From Escherichia coli (GTDB taxonomy: Bacteria; Pseudomonadota; Gammaproteobacteria; Enterobacterales; Enterobacteriaceae): a DNA stretch of 64,000 nucleotides. Made by a program: the position numbers and the translations under genes. The notes beneath the pieces are model-generated. The model was not told where the DNA came from. It did not search any database and was given only the letters and a program-made list of their open reading frames with translations. Position 1 is the first letter of the stretch. Each line of letters opens with the position of its first letter. Where the stretch lies: assembly GCF_044324785.1 (NCBI RefSeq), contig NZ_CP172127.1; one strand, 5' to 3'. Below, in pieces: positions 1-10,248 of the stretch.

Positions 1-426
1 TATGACGGTGAATGTCAGGTGGTTAATGCCAATGCAGAGCGGATTAAGAACCTGACCTTTAACGGTAAGCCGATTGATCCGAACGCCATGTTCCTCGTTG
101 CCACCAATAACTATCGCGCTTACGGCGGCAAATTTGCCGGTACGGGCGACAGCCATATCGCTTTTGCTTCACCGGATGAGAACCGCTCGGTGCTGGCAGC
201 GTGGATTGCTGAAGAGTCGAACCGTGCGGGGGAAATTCACCCGGCGGCAGATAACAACTGGCGTTTAGCACCGATAACTGGCGATAAGAAACTGGATATC
301 CGTTTCGAAACCTCTCCGTCAGATAAAGCCGCAGCGTTCATTAAAGAGAAAGGGCAATATCCGATGAATAAAGTCGCGACCGATGATATCGGGTTTGCGA
401 TTTATCAGGTGGATTTGAGTAAGTAA
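1..426 (+). CDS. cpdB: 2',3'-cyclic-nucleotide 2'-phosphodiesterase / 3'-nucleotidase, C-terminal part (5' end outside window)
   Basis: In-frame ORF running from the window edge to a stop at 424-426; translation matches the CpdB C-terminus as I remember it; synteny with ytfH/qorB. Confidence 0.85.
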   Translation, partial: YDGECQVVNANAERIKNLTFNGKPIDPNAMFLVATNNYRAYGGKFAGTGDSHIAFASPDENRSVLAAWIAEESNRAGEIHPAADNNWRLAPITGDKKLDIRFETSPSDKAAAFIKEKGQYPMNKVATDDIGFAIYQVDLSK

Positions 427-454
427 TACACTTCTTTTTCGGCCTATAAATCAT

Positions 455-553
455 CAACCGCATCCGGCACTTTTGTCGGATGCGATGCTGGCGCATCTTA
501 TCCGTCCTACAAGCCATGCACCGTTGGCCGGATAAGCGCAGCGCATCCGGCAG
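455..553. repeat. REP/BIME-type palindromic units in the cpdB-ytfH intergenic region
   Basis: Imperfect palindromes of the gccggatgcg...cgcatccggc type, repeated twice between two convergent gene ends. Confidence 0.6.
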
Positions 554-934
554 TTATGCCGCACGTTCATCCCGCACCGCTAACACCTCGGGCAAATTCA
601 ACTCAATCCAGTCCGCCAGTGCAGCAACCTTTTCGCTCACCTGCTCGCCCAGCGGCGTGAGGCTATATTCCACATGCGGTGGCACCACCGGATACGCGAT
701 ACGGTTAAGAAAACCATCCTGCTCTAGCGCCTGTAACGACTGCGCAAGCATCTTTTCACTCACCCCCCCGATTTTGCGCCGCAGGTCGCTAAAGCGATGA
801 GTACCTTCGCGTAGCGCCACCAGAATCAATACCCCCCAACGGCTGGTGACGTGTTTTAACACCTCACGCGACGGGCACTGTTCCGCAAAGAGATTTCCCT
901 CTTTCAGTTGTTGCGACAGGCTAACCTGACTCAT
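554..934 (-). CDS. ytfH: HxlR-type winged-helix transcriptional regulator
   Basis: ORF 554..1045(-); K-12-like 126-aa product begins at the internal Met (MSQVSLSQQLKEGN...), ATG at 934; divergent from qorB. Confidence 0.85.
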   Translation of the reverse strand: MSQVSLSQQLKEGNLFAEQCPSREVLKHVTSRWGVLILVALREGTHRFSDLRRKIGGVSEKMLAQSLQALEQDGFLNRIAYPVVPPHVEYSLTPLGEQVSEKVAALADWIELNLPEVLAVRDERAA

Positions 935-1022
935 TTCATACTTACCTTTTTGTATGTACTTACTAAAAGTAAGTTTAGGTGGTAGCGTATTTAAACACAA
1001 GACAAAACGATGGAGGCTTCCC

Positions 1023-1883
1023 ATGATCGCTATTACTGGTGCCACTGGCCAACTTGGTCATTATGTTATTAACTCCTTACTGAAAACCGTTCCTGCCAGC
1101 CAAATAGTGGCTATCGCACGTAACCCGGCAAAAGCGCAGGCATTGAGCGCGCAAGGCATTACTGTACGTCAGGCTGACTACGGCGATGAGGCCGCACTGA
1201 CATCTGCGCTTCAGGGAGTGGAAAAACTGCTACTGATCTCTTCCAGCGAAGTGGGGCAACGTGCCCCGCAGCATCGAAATGTTATTAATGCCGCTAAGGC
1301 GGCGGGCGTGAAACTTATCGCTTATACCAGCCTGCTACATGCAGATACCTCCCCGCTCGGCCTCGCCGATGAGCACATCGAGACGGAGAAAATGCTGGCT
1401 GATTCTGGCATCGTTTACACCCTGCTGCGCAACGGCTGGTACAGCGAAAACTACCTCGCCAGCGCCCCGGCAGCACTGGAACACGGCGTATTTATCGGTG
1501 CCGCGGGCGATGGCAAAATCGCCTCAGCAACGCGGGCAGATTATGCGGCAGCTGCGGCACGCGTGATTAGCGAAGCCGGTCACGAAGGCAAGGTTTACGA
1601 ACTGGCGGGCGATAGTGCCTGGACGTTGACACAGTTAGCGGCAGAGCTGACCAAACAGAGCGGAAAATCCGTTACCTATCAAAATCTGAGCGAAGCCGAT
1701 TTCGCCGCGGCACTGAAAAGCGTCGGACTGCCCGACGGACTGGCGGATATTCTGGCGGATTCCGACGTTGGCGCATCGAAAGGTGGTCTGTTTGATAACA
1801 GCAAAACGCTTAGCAAATTGATTGGCCGCCCAACGACAACATTAGCCGAGAGCGTAAGCCATCTTTTTAATGTTAATAACTAG
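1023..1883 (+). CDS. qorB: NAD(P)H:quinone oxidoreductase (NmrA-like)
   Basis: ORF 954..1883; 286-aa product from ATG 1023 (MIAITGATGQLGHYV... Rossmann motif). Confidence 0.85.
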   Translation: MIAITGATGQLGHYVINSLLKTVPASQIVAIARNPAKAQALSAQGITVRQADYGDEAALTSALQGVEKLLLISSSEVGQRAPQHRNVINAAKAAGVKLIAYTSLLHADTSPLGLADEHIETEKMLADSGIVYTLLRNGWYSENYLASAPAALEHGVFIGAAGDGKIASATRADYAAAAARVISEAGHEGKVYELAGDSAWTLTQLAAELTKQSGKSVTYQNLSEADFAAALKSVGLPDGLADILADSDVGASKGGLFDNSKTLSKLIGRPTTTLAESVSHLFNVNN

Positions 1884-1990
1884 TTAATTAAAGTGGCATC
1901 CTCCCGTATCCTCTCTGATAATGACGGGATGCGGGGAGCAATCATGTCTGCTTCCTGAACTTTCTTCTGACAGATCAATGGATGCCAGTA

Positions 1991-2956
1991 ATGATTAGCG
2001 GCGTGCTGTACGCCCTGTTAGCAGGGTTGATGTGGGGGCTTATTTTTGTCGGGCCGTTGATCGTGCCGGAATACCCGGCGATGTTGCAGTCTATGGGGCG
2101 TTATCTGGCGTTAGGGTTAATTGCGCTGCCCATTGCCTGGCTGGGACGCGTGCGTCTGCGTCAGTTGGCGCGTCGCGACTGGCTTACCGCCTTGATGCTC
2201 ACCATGATGGGCAACCTCATCTATTACTTCTGCCTTGCCAGTGCCATTCAACGTACTGGCGCGCCTGTTTCCACGATGATTATTGGCACCCTGCCGGTGG
2301 TGATACCTGTCTTTGCCAATCTGCTTTATAGCCAGCGCGACGGCAAACTCGCGTGGGGAAAACTCGCCCCGGCGCTGGTTTGTATTGGCATCGGCCTGGC
2401 GAGTGTGAATATTGCTGAGTTAAACCACGGACTCCCCGATTTTGACTGGGCACGTTATACCTCTGGCATCGTGCTGGCGTTAGTTTCCGTGGTCTGCTGG
2501 GCGTGGTATGCCCTGCGCAACGCCCGCTGGCTGCGGGAAAATCCCGACAAACATCCAATGATGTGGGCAACAGCGCAGGCGCTGGTCACGCTGCCGGTTT
2601 CTCTCATCGGCTATCTCGTCGCCTGTTACTGGCTGAATATACAAACGCCGGACTTCTCCTTACCTTTTGGCCCCCGTCCGCTGGTGTTTATTAGTCTGAT
2701 GGTTGCGATAGCCGTGCTTTGCTCATGGGTTGGCGCACTCTGCTGGAACGTCGCCAGCCAGCGATTACCGACAGTGATTCTCGGGCCGCTGATTGTTTTC
2801 GAAACGCTGGCAGGTTTGCTGTACACCTTTTTACTCCGCCAGCAAATGCCGCCGCTAATGACGCTGAGCGGTATCGCGCTGTTAGTGATTGGCGTGGTCA
2901 TCGCGGTCAGAGCAAAACCAGAAAAACCTTTAACTGAATCTGTCTCAGAAAGTTGA
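1991..2956 (+). CDS. ytfF: DMT-superfamily inner membrane protein
   Basis: ORF 1982..2956; highly hydrophobic multi-TM protein; start could be 1982 (MPVM) or 1991 (MISG). Confidence 0.8.
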   Translation: MISGVLYALLAGLMWGLIFVGPLIVPEYPAMLQSMGRYLALGLIALPIAWLGRVRLRQLARRDWLTALMLTMMGNLIYYFCLASAIQRTGAPVSTMIIGTLPVVIPVFANLLYSQRDGKLAWGKLAPALVCIGIGLASVNIAELNHGLPDFDWARYTSGIVLALVSVVCWAWYALRNARWLRENPDKHPMMWATAQALVTLPVSLIGYLVACYWLNIQTPDFSLPFGPRPLVFISLMVAIAVLCSWVGALCWNVASQRLPTVILGPLIVFETLAGLLYTFLLRQQMPPLMTLSGIALLVIGVVIAVRAKPEKPLTESVSES

Positions 2957-3063
2957 CACGCTGGCAGTGAGTTAAATAAGCCTCTGCTACGTAAGGGTTA
3001 TAGCATTTGCCTTAAAGATGCATTTAAAATGCACCTTATATTATTAAGAATGAGGTATCAGCT

Positions 3064-3726
3064 ATGGCTTATCGCGACCAACCTTTAGGTGAACTGGCGC
3101 TCTCTATTCCTCGCGCTTCGGCTCTGTTTCGTAAATATGATATGGATTACTGCTGCGGCGGTAAGCAGACGCTGGCGCGCGCGGCGGCACGTAAGGAGCT
3201 GGATGTTGACGTCATTGAAGCCGAACTGGCAAAGCTTGCTGAACAACCGATTGAGAAAGACTGGCGTAGCGCCCCGCTGGCTGAAATCATCGACCATATC
3301 ATCGTGCGCTACCACGATCGCCACCGCGAGCAGCTGCCGGAGCTGATCCTGCAAGCGACTAAAGTCGAGCGCGTTCACGCCGACAAACCGAGCGTGCCAA
3401 AAGGGCTGACAAAATACCTGACTATGCTGCATGAAGAGCTTTCCAGCCACATGATGAAAGAAGAGCAGATCCTCTTCCCGATGATCAAACAAGGCATGGG
3501 TAGCCAGGCGATGGGGCCAATCAGCGTAATGGAAAGCGAGCACGATGAAGCGGGCGAACTGCTGGAAGTGATCAAACACACTACCAATAACGTCACACCG
3601 CCGCCAGAAGCCTGCACCACCTGGAAAGCGATGTATAACGGCATTAATGAACTGATTGATGACCTGATGGATCACATCAGTCTGGAAAACAATGTGCTGT
3701 TCCCACGCGCGCTGGCGGGTGAGTGA
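3064..3726 (+). CDS. ytfE: Iron-sulfur cluster repair di-iron protein (RIC)
   Basis: 220-aa ORF with hemerythrin-like His/Glu motifs; matches YtfE. Confidence 0.9.
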   Translation: MAYRDQPLGELALSIPRASALFRKYDMDYCCGGKQTLARAAARKELDVDVIEAELAKLAEQPIEKDWRSAPLAEIIDHIIVRYHDRHREQLPELILQATKVERVHADKPSVPKGLTKYLTMLHEELSSHMMKEEQILFPMIKQGMGSQAMGPISVMESEHDEAGELLEVIKHTTNNVTPPPEACTTWKAMYNGINELIDDLMDHISLENNVLFPRALAGE

Positions 3727-3770
3727 TCTAAAAGCTGGATGGCATTGCGCCATCCAGCATGATAATGCGG

Positions 3771-5183
3771 TTATTTCCGCAGTTCAGCAGCCCGCTTCTT
3801 ACCAATAAACAGCCAGCCCAGCCCCAGTGCGATAAACCACAGCGGGGTAACCAGCAGCGCCTGGCGAGTGTCATCTTCCAGTGTCAGCAACACGACCACG
3901 AACACAAAGAACGCCATACATACCCAGCACATCAGCTTGCCGAGCGGCATCTTGTAGATCGACTTCTCATGCAGATGAGGACGCTGTTTGCGGTACACCA
4001 GGTACGAGCAAAGGATAATCGTCCAGACGAACATAAACAGAATCGCGGAAACGGTTGTAATCATCGTGAACGCGCCAATCACGCTGGGATTCACATACAA
4101 CATCACCACGCCGCCGAGCAGACAGATACAAGAGAAGGTCAGCCCTTTCGCGGGTACTGCGCGCTTAGAGAGTTTAGCGAACGCTTTCGGTGCCACACCT
4201 TCCTGCGCCAGACCAAACAGCATACGACTGGTAGAGAAGACGCCGCTGTTAGCGGAAGACGCCGCAGAGGTCAGCACCACAAAGTTAATCACGCTGGCGG
4301 CAGCAGGCAGCCCTACCAACACAAACAGTTCAACGAACGGACTTTTCTCCGGGACTACCGAACTCCACGGCGTCACGGACATAATCACAATCAGCGCGAA
4401 GACGTAGAACATAATGATACGGATCGGAATGGAGTTAATCGCGCGTGGCAGTGATTTCTCTGGATCTTTGGTTTCCGCAGCTGTTGTACCTACCAGCTCA
4501 ATCCCTACGAAAGCGAAAACCGCTATCTGGAATCCGGCAAAGAAGCCACTTAAACCTTTCGGGAACCAGCCGCCATCATTCCACAAATGCGCGAATGACG
4601 CTTCTACACCGGTCGGTGACTGAAAGTGCATCGCCACCATGACCAGGCCGACGACTATCAGCGACACAATGGCGACGATTTTGATCATCGCAAACCAGAA
4701 CTCCATCTCACCGAACATTTTCACGGTGGCGAGGTTGAGCGTCAGCAGCAGCACTATCACCGCCAGCGAGGCGACCCAGTCGGAGAGATCGGGGAACCAG
4801 AACTGAGCATAAGCCGTGATCGCCACCACGTCTGCCATACCGGTTACAACCCAGCAGAACCAGTAAGTCCAGCCGGTGAAATATCCTGCCCACGGCCCGA
4901 GTAAATCGGAAGCGAAGTCACTAAAAGATTTGTATTCCAGATTCGAAAGCAGCAATTCCCCCATTGCCCGCATCACGAAAAAGAGCATAAAACCAATGAT
5001 CATATAAACAAAAATGATCGACGGTCCGGCAAGACTGATTGTTTTACCGGACCCCATAAACAACCCAGTACCAATGGCACCGCCAATGGCAATAAGCTGA
5101 ATATGTCGGTTTGTGAGATTGCGCCGTAGCGACTGTTCAGCCGGAGCCTGATCATCGGCAACGACTTTTACCTGATCTACCAT
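3771..5183 (-). CDS. cycA: D-serine/D-alanine/glycine:H+ symporter (APC family)
   Basis: 470-aa polytopic membrane protein; matches CycA. Confidence 0.9.
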   Translation of the reverse strand: MVDQVKVVADDQAPAEQSLRRNLTNRHIQLIAIGGAIGTGLFMGSGKTISLAGPSIIFVYMIIGFMLFFVMRAMGELLLSNLEYKSFSDFASDLLGPWAGYFTGWTYWFCWVVTGMADVVAITAYAQFWFPDLSDWVASLAVIVLLLTLNLATVKMFGEMEFWFAMIKIVAIVSLIVVGLVMVAMHFQSPTGVEASFAHLWNDGGWFPKGLSGFFAGFQIAVFAFVGIELVGTTAAETKDPEKSLPRAINSIPIRIIMFYVFALIVIMSVTPWSSVVPEKSPFVELFVLVGLPAAASVINFVVLTSAASSANSGVFSTSRMLFGLAQEGVAPKAFAKLSKRAVPAKGLTFSCICLLGGVVMLYVNPSVIGAFTMITTVSAILFMFVWTIILCSYLVYRKQRPHLHEKSIYKMPLGKLMCWVCMAFFVFVVVLLTLEDDTRQALLVTPLWFIALGLGWLFIGKKRAAELRK

Positions 5184-5491
5184 GTTTTTTTCTTCCTGTA
5201 CCTGTCTGTGTTGTTCAGGCTCTACGGCCTTTAGTCAGTCTATGATACGACGAATCTGTATCGGGACTCATCGATATTAGGTAACAATACGCGGGATGAA
5301 TACTAAGATTTAGATCTAATGTTAATTTTATGTTTAAAGTGAGTGTCATATCACGGTGATAACGCGAAACAGCTCACAAAAATACACGCTTACGGGGTCT
5401 TTGCAACACAAAATAGCGCCGTTTGGCAAACTGAAGGGTTTATTGCTGAATGTCTGCTCCCCTCTGGTTCGAGGGGAACAGAATGCGCTGC

Positions 5492-6112
5492 TTAGAGGAT
5501 TTCCAGCAGTTCGACTTCAAACACCAGGGTGCTGAACGGAGGGATGGACGCGCCAGCGCCGCGCTCGCCATATGCCAGTTCCTGCGGGATAGTCAGTTCC
5601 CATTTAGAACCTACCGGCATCAGAGTCAGTGCTTCAATCCAGCCAGGGATCACGCCGTTAACCGGGAATTCAGCTGGCTCGCCGCGAGCAACGGAGCTGT
5701 CAAACACGGTGCCGTCGATCAGTTTTCCGGTGTAATGAACACGAACGCGGTCGGTACGTGCCGGAATTGCGCCTTCGCCCTGGTTGATCACGCGGAATTG
5801 CAGGCCAGATTCGGTGCTATTTACACCTTCTTTTTTGGCGTTTTCTTCCAGGTATTTCACACCTTCAGCAGCCATCGCCTGGAAACGCTGACGACGAACG
5901 GCATCGGCGCGTTCGTGGATTTCACGCAGCGCGCGGTGCACCACATCAACCGGAACAGCCGGATGTTTGCCTTCCAGCGCATCAGCAATGCCTGCAACCA
6001 GTGCTTCTGGCAGCAGCCCTTCCAGGCCAGATTCACTCAGTTGTTGCCCTACCTGCAAACCAATGCCGTAGCTTGCTTGCGCTTCGATGGTGTCAAAAGT
6101 TGGGGTGGTCAT
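5492..6112 (-). CDS. fklB: FKBP-type peptidyl-prolyl cis-trans isomerase
   Basis: ORF 5492..6271(-); 206-aa product from internal Met ([12 protein letters not shown]...), ATG complement at 6110-6112. Confidence 0.9.
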
Positions 6113-6329
6113 CGTATTTCCTTTCTTAGGGTATAAAGTAGCGGGCAGCATATCAGCCACACTTCTTTGGGTAAAACTTTGTCGCGGGAATGATGACAAA
6201 TCACGGGGAAAAAGAAACAATAGCAATATCCCGTATGAATATAATAAAGGCGGGTTTACCACGGACATCATAGCGTTAGCTTATTCATAGGCTATGATTG
6301 AGGAACAAGACGCGGAGCAGGAGGAAACC

Positions 6330-6968
6330 ATGCCCGGGCGCTTTGAACTAAAACCAACCCTGGAGAAAGTCTGGCACGCGCCGGACAATTTTCGCTTCAT
6401 GGACCCGCTGCCGCCGATGCATCGTCGGGGGATCATTATTGCCGCCATTGTATTGGTGGTCGGATTTCTGCTTCCATCTGATGATACGCCCAACGCGCCG
6501 GTGGTGACGCGTGAAGCGCAGTTAGATATTCAGTCGCAATCACAACCGCCGACAGAAGAACAGCTGCGGGCGCAATTAGTCACCCCACAAAATGATCCTG
6601 ATCAGGTGGCTCCGGTCGCTCCAGAACCTATACAGGAAGGCCAGCCAGAAGAGCAGCCGCAAACCACCCAAACGCAACCATTCCAGCCAGATAGCGGAAT
6701 TGATAATCAATGGCGCTCTTACCGTGTCGAACCCGGTAAAACGATGGCGCAGCTGTTCCGCGACCACGGACTGCCCGCTACCGATGTCTATGCAATGGCG
6801 CAGGTAGAAGGCGCGGGTAAGCCGCTGAGTAATTTGCAAAACGGGCAGATGGTGAAAATCCGCCAGAACGCCAGCGGCGTGGTGACGGGCTTAACCATTG
6901 ATACGGGGAATAATCAACAGGTCCTGTTTACCCGCCAGCCGGATGGCAGTTTTATTCGTGCGCGGTAG
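6330..6968 (+). CDS. ytfB: OapA/LysM-domain cell-division-associated protein
   Basis: ORF 6294..6968; 212-aa product from ATG 6330 ([10 protein letters not shown]...); Pro/Gln-rich linker, TM segment. Confidence 0.85.
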   Translation: MPGRFELKPTLEKVWHAPDNFRFMDPLPPMHRRGIIIAAIVLVVGFLLPSDDTPNAPVVTREAQLDIQSQSQPPTEEQLRAQLVTPQNDPDQVAPVAPEPIQEGQPEEQPQTTQTQPFQPDSGIDNQWRSYRVEPGKTMAQLFRDHGLPATDVYAMAQVEGAGKPLSNLQNGQMVKIRQNASGVVTGLTIDTGNNQQVLFTRQPDGSFIRAR

Positions 6969-7623
6969 ATGAAGGATCAACCAAAAGCCAGCTAAGGAGC
7001 GTCTCTTTGATGACCTTACGTCTGGCTTCCAGTGCCTGGGGGGAAACCATACTGATATGATAAACTAGGCCAAGCGTATGCTGGTTGATCAAATAATATC
7101 CCCCAAGCGCAGCAATATTAATATTCACCTGCAATGGGTCGATATCTGGCTTAAAAATATTGTGTTTCTTCCCTTCATCCAATAAGGATTCCATTAACTG
7201 CAAGTGCGCATGGTTAATTTCTAAGAGACGCTGTGATTTTGCATAATGCACACCTTTACTTTGATTTTCACTATGCACAATTTTTAAAAACCAGGGGTTA
7301 GCAATATAATAATCCCATGTAAAATCAATAATTTTCTCAATGGCTTTTTGTGGCGGAAGATCTGAGAAATCAAGGGCCTTTTCTTTTTGTCGAATATCGT
7401 TCCAGGTATATTCCAGTACTTCAATAAATAAATTTTCTTTATTACCAAAGTGATGATAAACCGTCTGTTTACTACACCCCGCAGCCTTAACAATATTATC
7501 GACCCTGGCCCCTTCATAACCATATTCGGCAAATTCATTAACCGCGCATAACAGCAGCTTTTCCTTCAGGCTCTGTACGTTGCTGGTATCAAGATACATA
7601 ACGCTTCCCCACGACCTCTTCAA
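6952..7623 (-). CDS. TetR/AcrR-family transcriptional regulator (full-length; K-12 carries only a remnant, ytfA, as far as I recall)
   Basis: 223-aa ORF with N-terminal TetR helix-turn-helix (...[18 protein letters not shown]...); AT-rich; 3' end overlaps ytfB 3' end by 17 bp; divergent from the downstream operon. Confidence 0.75.
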   Translation of the reverse strand: MKRSWGSVMYLDTSNVQSLKEKLLLCAVNEFAEYGYEGARVDNIVKAAGCSKQTVYHHFGNKENLFIEVLEYTWNDIRQKEKALDFSDLPPQKAIEKIIDFTWDYYIANPWFLKIVHSENQSKGVHYAKSQRLLEINHAHLQLMESLLDEGKKHNIFKPDIDPLQVNINIAALGGYYLINQHTLGLVYHISMVSPQALEARRKVIKETLLSWLLVDPSSTAHE

Positions 7624-7809
7624 GACAACTATCTTAACCCGATTAATTAGAAGCTCCAGTAAAAAGGATAAAAACTTGTACTTTCATCAAGTTATCAAAT
7701 GTCCTGTGATCACTATCGCATATCAACCAACCAGATGGTTGATCTTTCTTGCGGCACGTCGCAAGCTAATTGTCACTTAGAAACAATATTCAAAAAAGAG
7801 AGCTATTGT

Positions 7810-8601
7810 ATGAAATCCACTCGTCCTGTTGCCGTGATTACCGGAGCCGCTCGTGGTATTGGAAAGGGCTGTGCGCTGGAGCTTGCTCGTGGCGGATTTA
7901 ACCTGCTGATTAACGATCGCCCCGATGATGACAGCGTAGAAAAATTACATGCCACGCAACAGGAATGTCTGGCAGAAGGTGTGGAAGTGATTTGCTTCCC
8001 TGCCGATGTCGGCGATCTCTCCTTGCATGAAGAGATGCTCGACGCGGCACAAAACCAGTGGGGACGTCTGGACTGCCTGCTCAACAACGCAGGCATTTCA
8101 GTGAAAAAACGCGGTGACCTTCTCGACCTCGAACCAGACAGCTTCGACCAAAATATTGCCATTAACACCCGCGCACCGTTCTTCCTCGCTCAGGCATTCA
8201 GTAAGCGCTTACTGGCACAGCCGAAACCGGAAGCAGAACTGCCGCACCGCTCGATTATTTTTGTCAGTTCCATCAACGCCATCATGCTGGCGATGAATCG
8301 CGGCGAATATACCATTGCCAAAACTGCCGTCTCTGCCGCTGCTCGTCTGTTTGCTGCTCGGCTTTGTAATGAACAAATTGGCGTTTATGAAGTGCGTCCT
8401 GGTCTCATCAAAACCGATATGACTATTCCGGCAACGGCCTATTACGACGAACTGATTGCCAAAGGTCTGGTGCCGTGGGGACGTTGGGGTTATCCGGCTG
8501 ATATTGCTTCCACTGTCCGCGCGATGGCGGAAGGTAAACTGATTTACACCTGTGGTCAGGCGGTTGCCATTGACGGCGGCTTAAGTATGCCGCGTTTCTG
8601 A
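7810..8601 (+). CDS. Short-chain dehydrogenase/reductase (SDR)
   Basis: ORF 7699..8601; start at ATG 7810 with upstream aagagag SD; TGAARGIGKG Rossmann motif, NNAG, YxxxK (YTIAK) catalytic motif. Confidence 0.8.
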   Translation: MKSTRPVAVITGAARGIGKGCALELARGGFNLLINDRPDDDSVEKLHATQQECLAEGVEVICFPADVGDLSLHEEMLDAAQNQWGRLDCLLNNAGISVKKRGDLLDLEPDSFDQNIAINTRAPFFLAQAFSKRLLAQPKPEAELPHRSIIFVSSINAIMLAMNRGEYTIAKTAVSAAARLFAARLCNEQIGVYEVRPGLIKTDMTIPATAYYDELIAKGLVPWGRWGYPADIASTVRAMAEGKLIYTCGQAVAIDGGLSMPRF

Positions 8602-8610
8602 GGCTGAATC

Positions 8611-9453
8611 ATGAGAGATCTGTTACAACGCCCGGATTTATTCAGTATCAATACCGCGACACTGGGCTATAAAACGCCGCTTCCCGCCATTATTGATGCC
8701 TGCGCCGCACGCGGTATTGGCGCAATTGCCCCCTGGCGCAGGGAGTTGCAGGGTGAAGATCTCCAGCAAATCGCCCGCCAGCTTGCCGCCAGTAAGATGA
8801 ACGTTTCCGGTTTGTGCCGTAGCACTTACTACACCGCGCCGACACTGGCGGAACGCAAACTGGCGATTGATGATAACCGCCGGGCGCTGGACGACGCAGC
8901 GGTGCTTAACGCCGCCTGTTATATGCAGGTGGTTGGCGGGTTACCGCAGGGAACAAAAGATTTGTACGAAGCGCGGGAACAAGTAAAACAAGGGATTCGC
9001 CAGTTGCTGCCACATTCGAAAGATGTCGGCGTGCCAATTGCGCTGGAGCCGCTGCACCCGATGACTGCTGCCGACCGCTCTTGCCTGTGCACGTTACGTC
9101 AGGCGCTGGACTGGTGTGATGAACTCGATCCCGATGGTGAGTTTGGCCTCGGCGTAGCGGTAGATGTCTACCATGTCTGGTGGGACCCGGATCTCGCCAG
9201 CCAACTCCAGCGCGCCGGAAAACGCATCCTCGCGTTTCATGTTTCCGACTGGTTAGTACCAACCACCGATCTGGTCAATGACCGTGGAATGCCGGGAGAT
9301 GGCGTCATCAATATTCCGTCAATTCGTCGGCTGGTTGAAAACGCCGGATTTAATGGCGCTATTGAACTGGAAATATTCTCGCCGTACTGGTGGCAAAAAG
9401 ATATTAACAGCACGCTGGATATTAGCGTCGATCGCATCGCGCATTATTGCTAA
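8611..9453 (+). CDS. Xylose-isomerase-like TIM-barrel protein (sugar-phosphate isomerase/epimerase family)
   Basis: 280-aa ORF 10 nt downstream of the SDR gene; family assignment by sequence resemblance, not verified. Confidence 0.65.
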   Translation: MRDLLQRPDLFSINTATLGYKTPLPAIIDACAARGIGAIAPWRRELQGEDLQQIARQLAASKMNVSGLCRSTYYTAPTLAERKLAIDDNRRALDDAAVLNAACYMQVVGGLPQGTKDLYEAREQVKQGIRQLLPHSKDVGVPIALEPLHPMTAADRSCLCTLRQALDWCDELDPDGEFGLGVAVDVYHVWWDPDLASQLQRAGKRILAFHVSDWLVPTTDLVNDRGMPGDGVINIPSIRRLVENAGFNGAIELEIFSPYWWQKDINSTLDISVDRIAHYC

Positions 9454-9462
9454 GGAATGATT

Positions 9463-10239
9463 ATGAGTGACCAACCCGTTCTGTTCAGCAGAGCGGCGGC
9501 TTCCTGCCGTCTGACATTGAACCGTGAAGATAAATGTCATGCTATTAATGAAGAGATGATTGAATCTCTCGATCATTATTTAAATGAAATTGAAAACGAC
9601 ACCACATTACGATTAGTCGAATTAACGGCAACCGGCGATAAATTCTTTTGTGCGGGCGGCGATATTAAATCGTGGTCAGCCTATTCGCCATTAGATATGG
9701 GCAGAAAATGGATTAAACGCGGTAATGACGTTTTTAATCGCCTGCGCAACTTACCCCAATTAACCGTTGCAAATCTCAACGGTCATACCATCGGCGGTGG
9801 TATTGAACTTGCTTTGTGCTGCGATATTCGTATTGCCCGTCCCGGCGCGAAATTCTCTAACCCGGAAGTGATGCTCGGCATGGTGCCTGGCTGGATGGGC
9901 ATTGAACGTGTGCTTAATCAGGTCGGTCCGGTGGTCGGTCGCCAGATGCTGATGCTGGGTAAACGCCTGACGGCGCGGGAAGCTCAGGCGGCGAATTTAA
10001 TTGATGAAGTGGTAGAAAAAGAACAGGTGGAAAGCTGGATGGCGAACCAGTTAGCGCAGCTGGAAAAATGTGGTCCGGTGGCGCTCGCACATATCAAGCA
10101 ACTGATTCTGGCACTGGAAAATAAACATGCCGATTACCCGCACCAGCTACTGGCTGGATTAATGTCCGCCACTCAGGATTGCCAGCAGGCGACGCGCGCG
10201 TTTGCCGAAAAAAGTAGCGTGAGCTTCCACAATCAATAA
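9463..10239 (+). CDS. Enoyl-CoA hydratase/isomerase (crotonase) family protein
   Basis: ORF 9457..10239; FFCAGGDIK and GGG/EL crotonase motifs; aagga SD favours ATG 9463. Confidence 0.75.
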   Translation: MSDQPVLFSRAAASCRLTLNREDKCHAINEEMIESLDHYLNEIENDTTLRLVELTATGDKFFCAGGDIKSWSAYSPLDMGRKWIKRGNDVFNRLRNLPQLTVANLNGHTIGGGIELALCCDIRIARPGAKFSNPEVMLGMVPGWMGIERVLNQVGPVVGRQMLMLGKRLTAREAQAANLIDEVVEKEQVESWMANQLAQLEKCGPVALAHIKQLILALENKHADYPHQLLAGLMSATQDCQQATRAFAEKSSVSFHNQ

Positions 10240-10248
10240 GGAAATTGT

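Noticed and set aside
3759-4454. 231-aa His/Arg/Gln-rich plus-strand ORF
   Set aside because: Antisense to cycA; the composition bias is the mirror of cycA codon usage, not a real gene.
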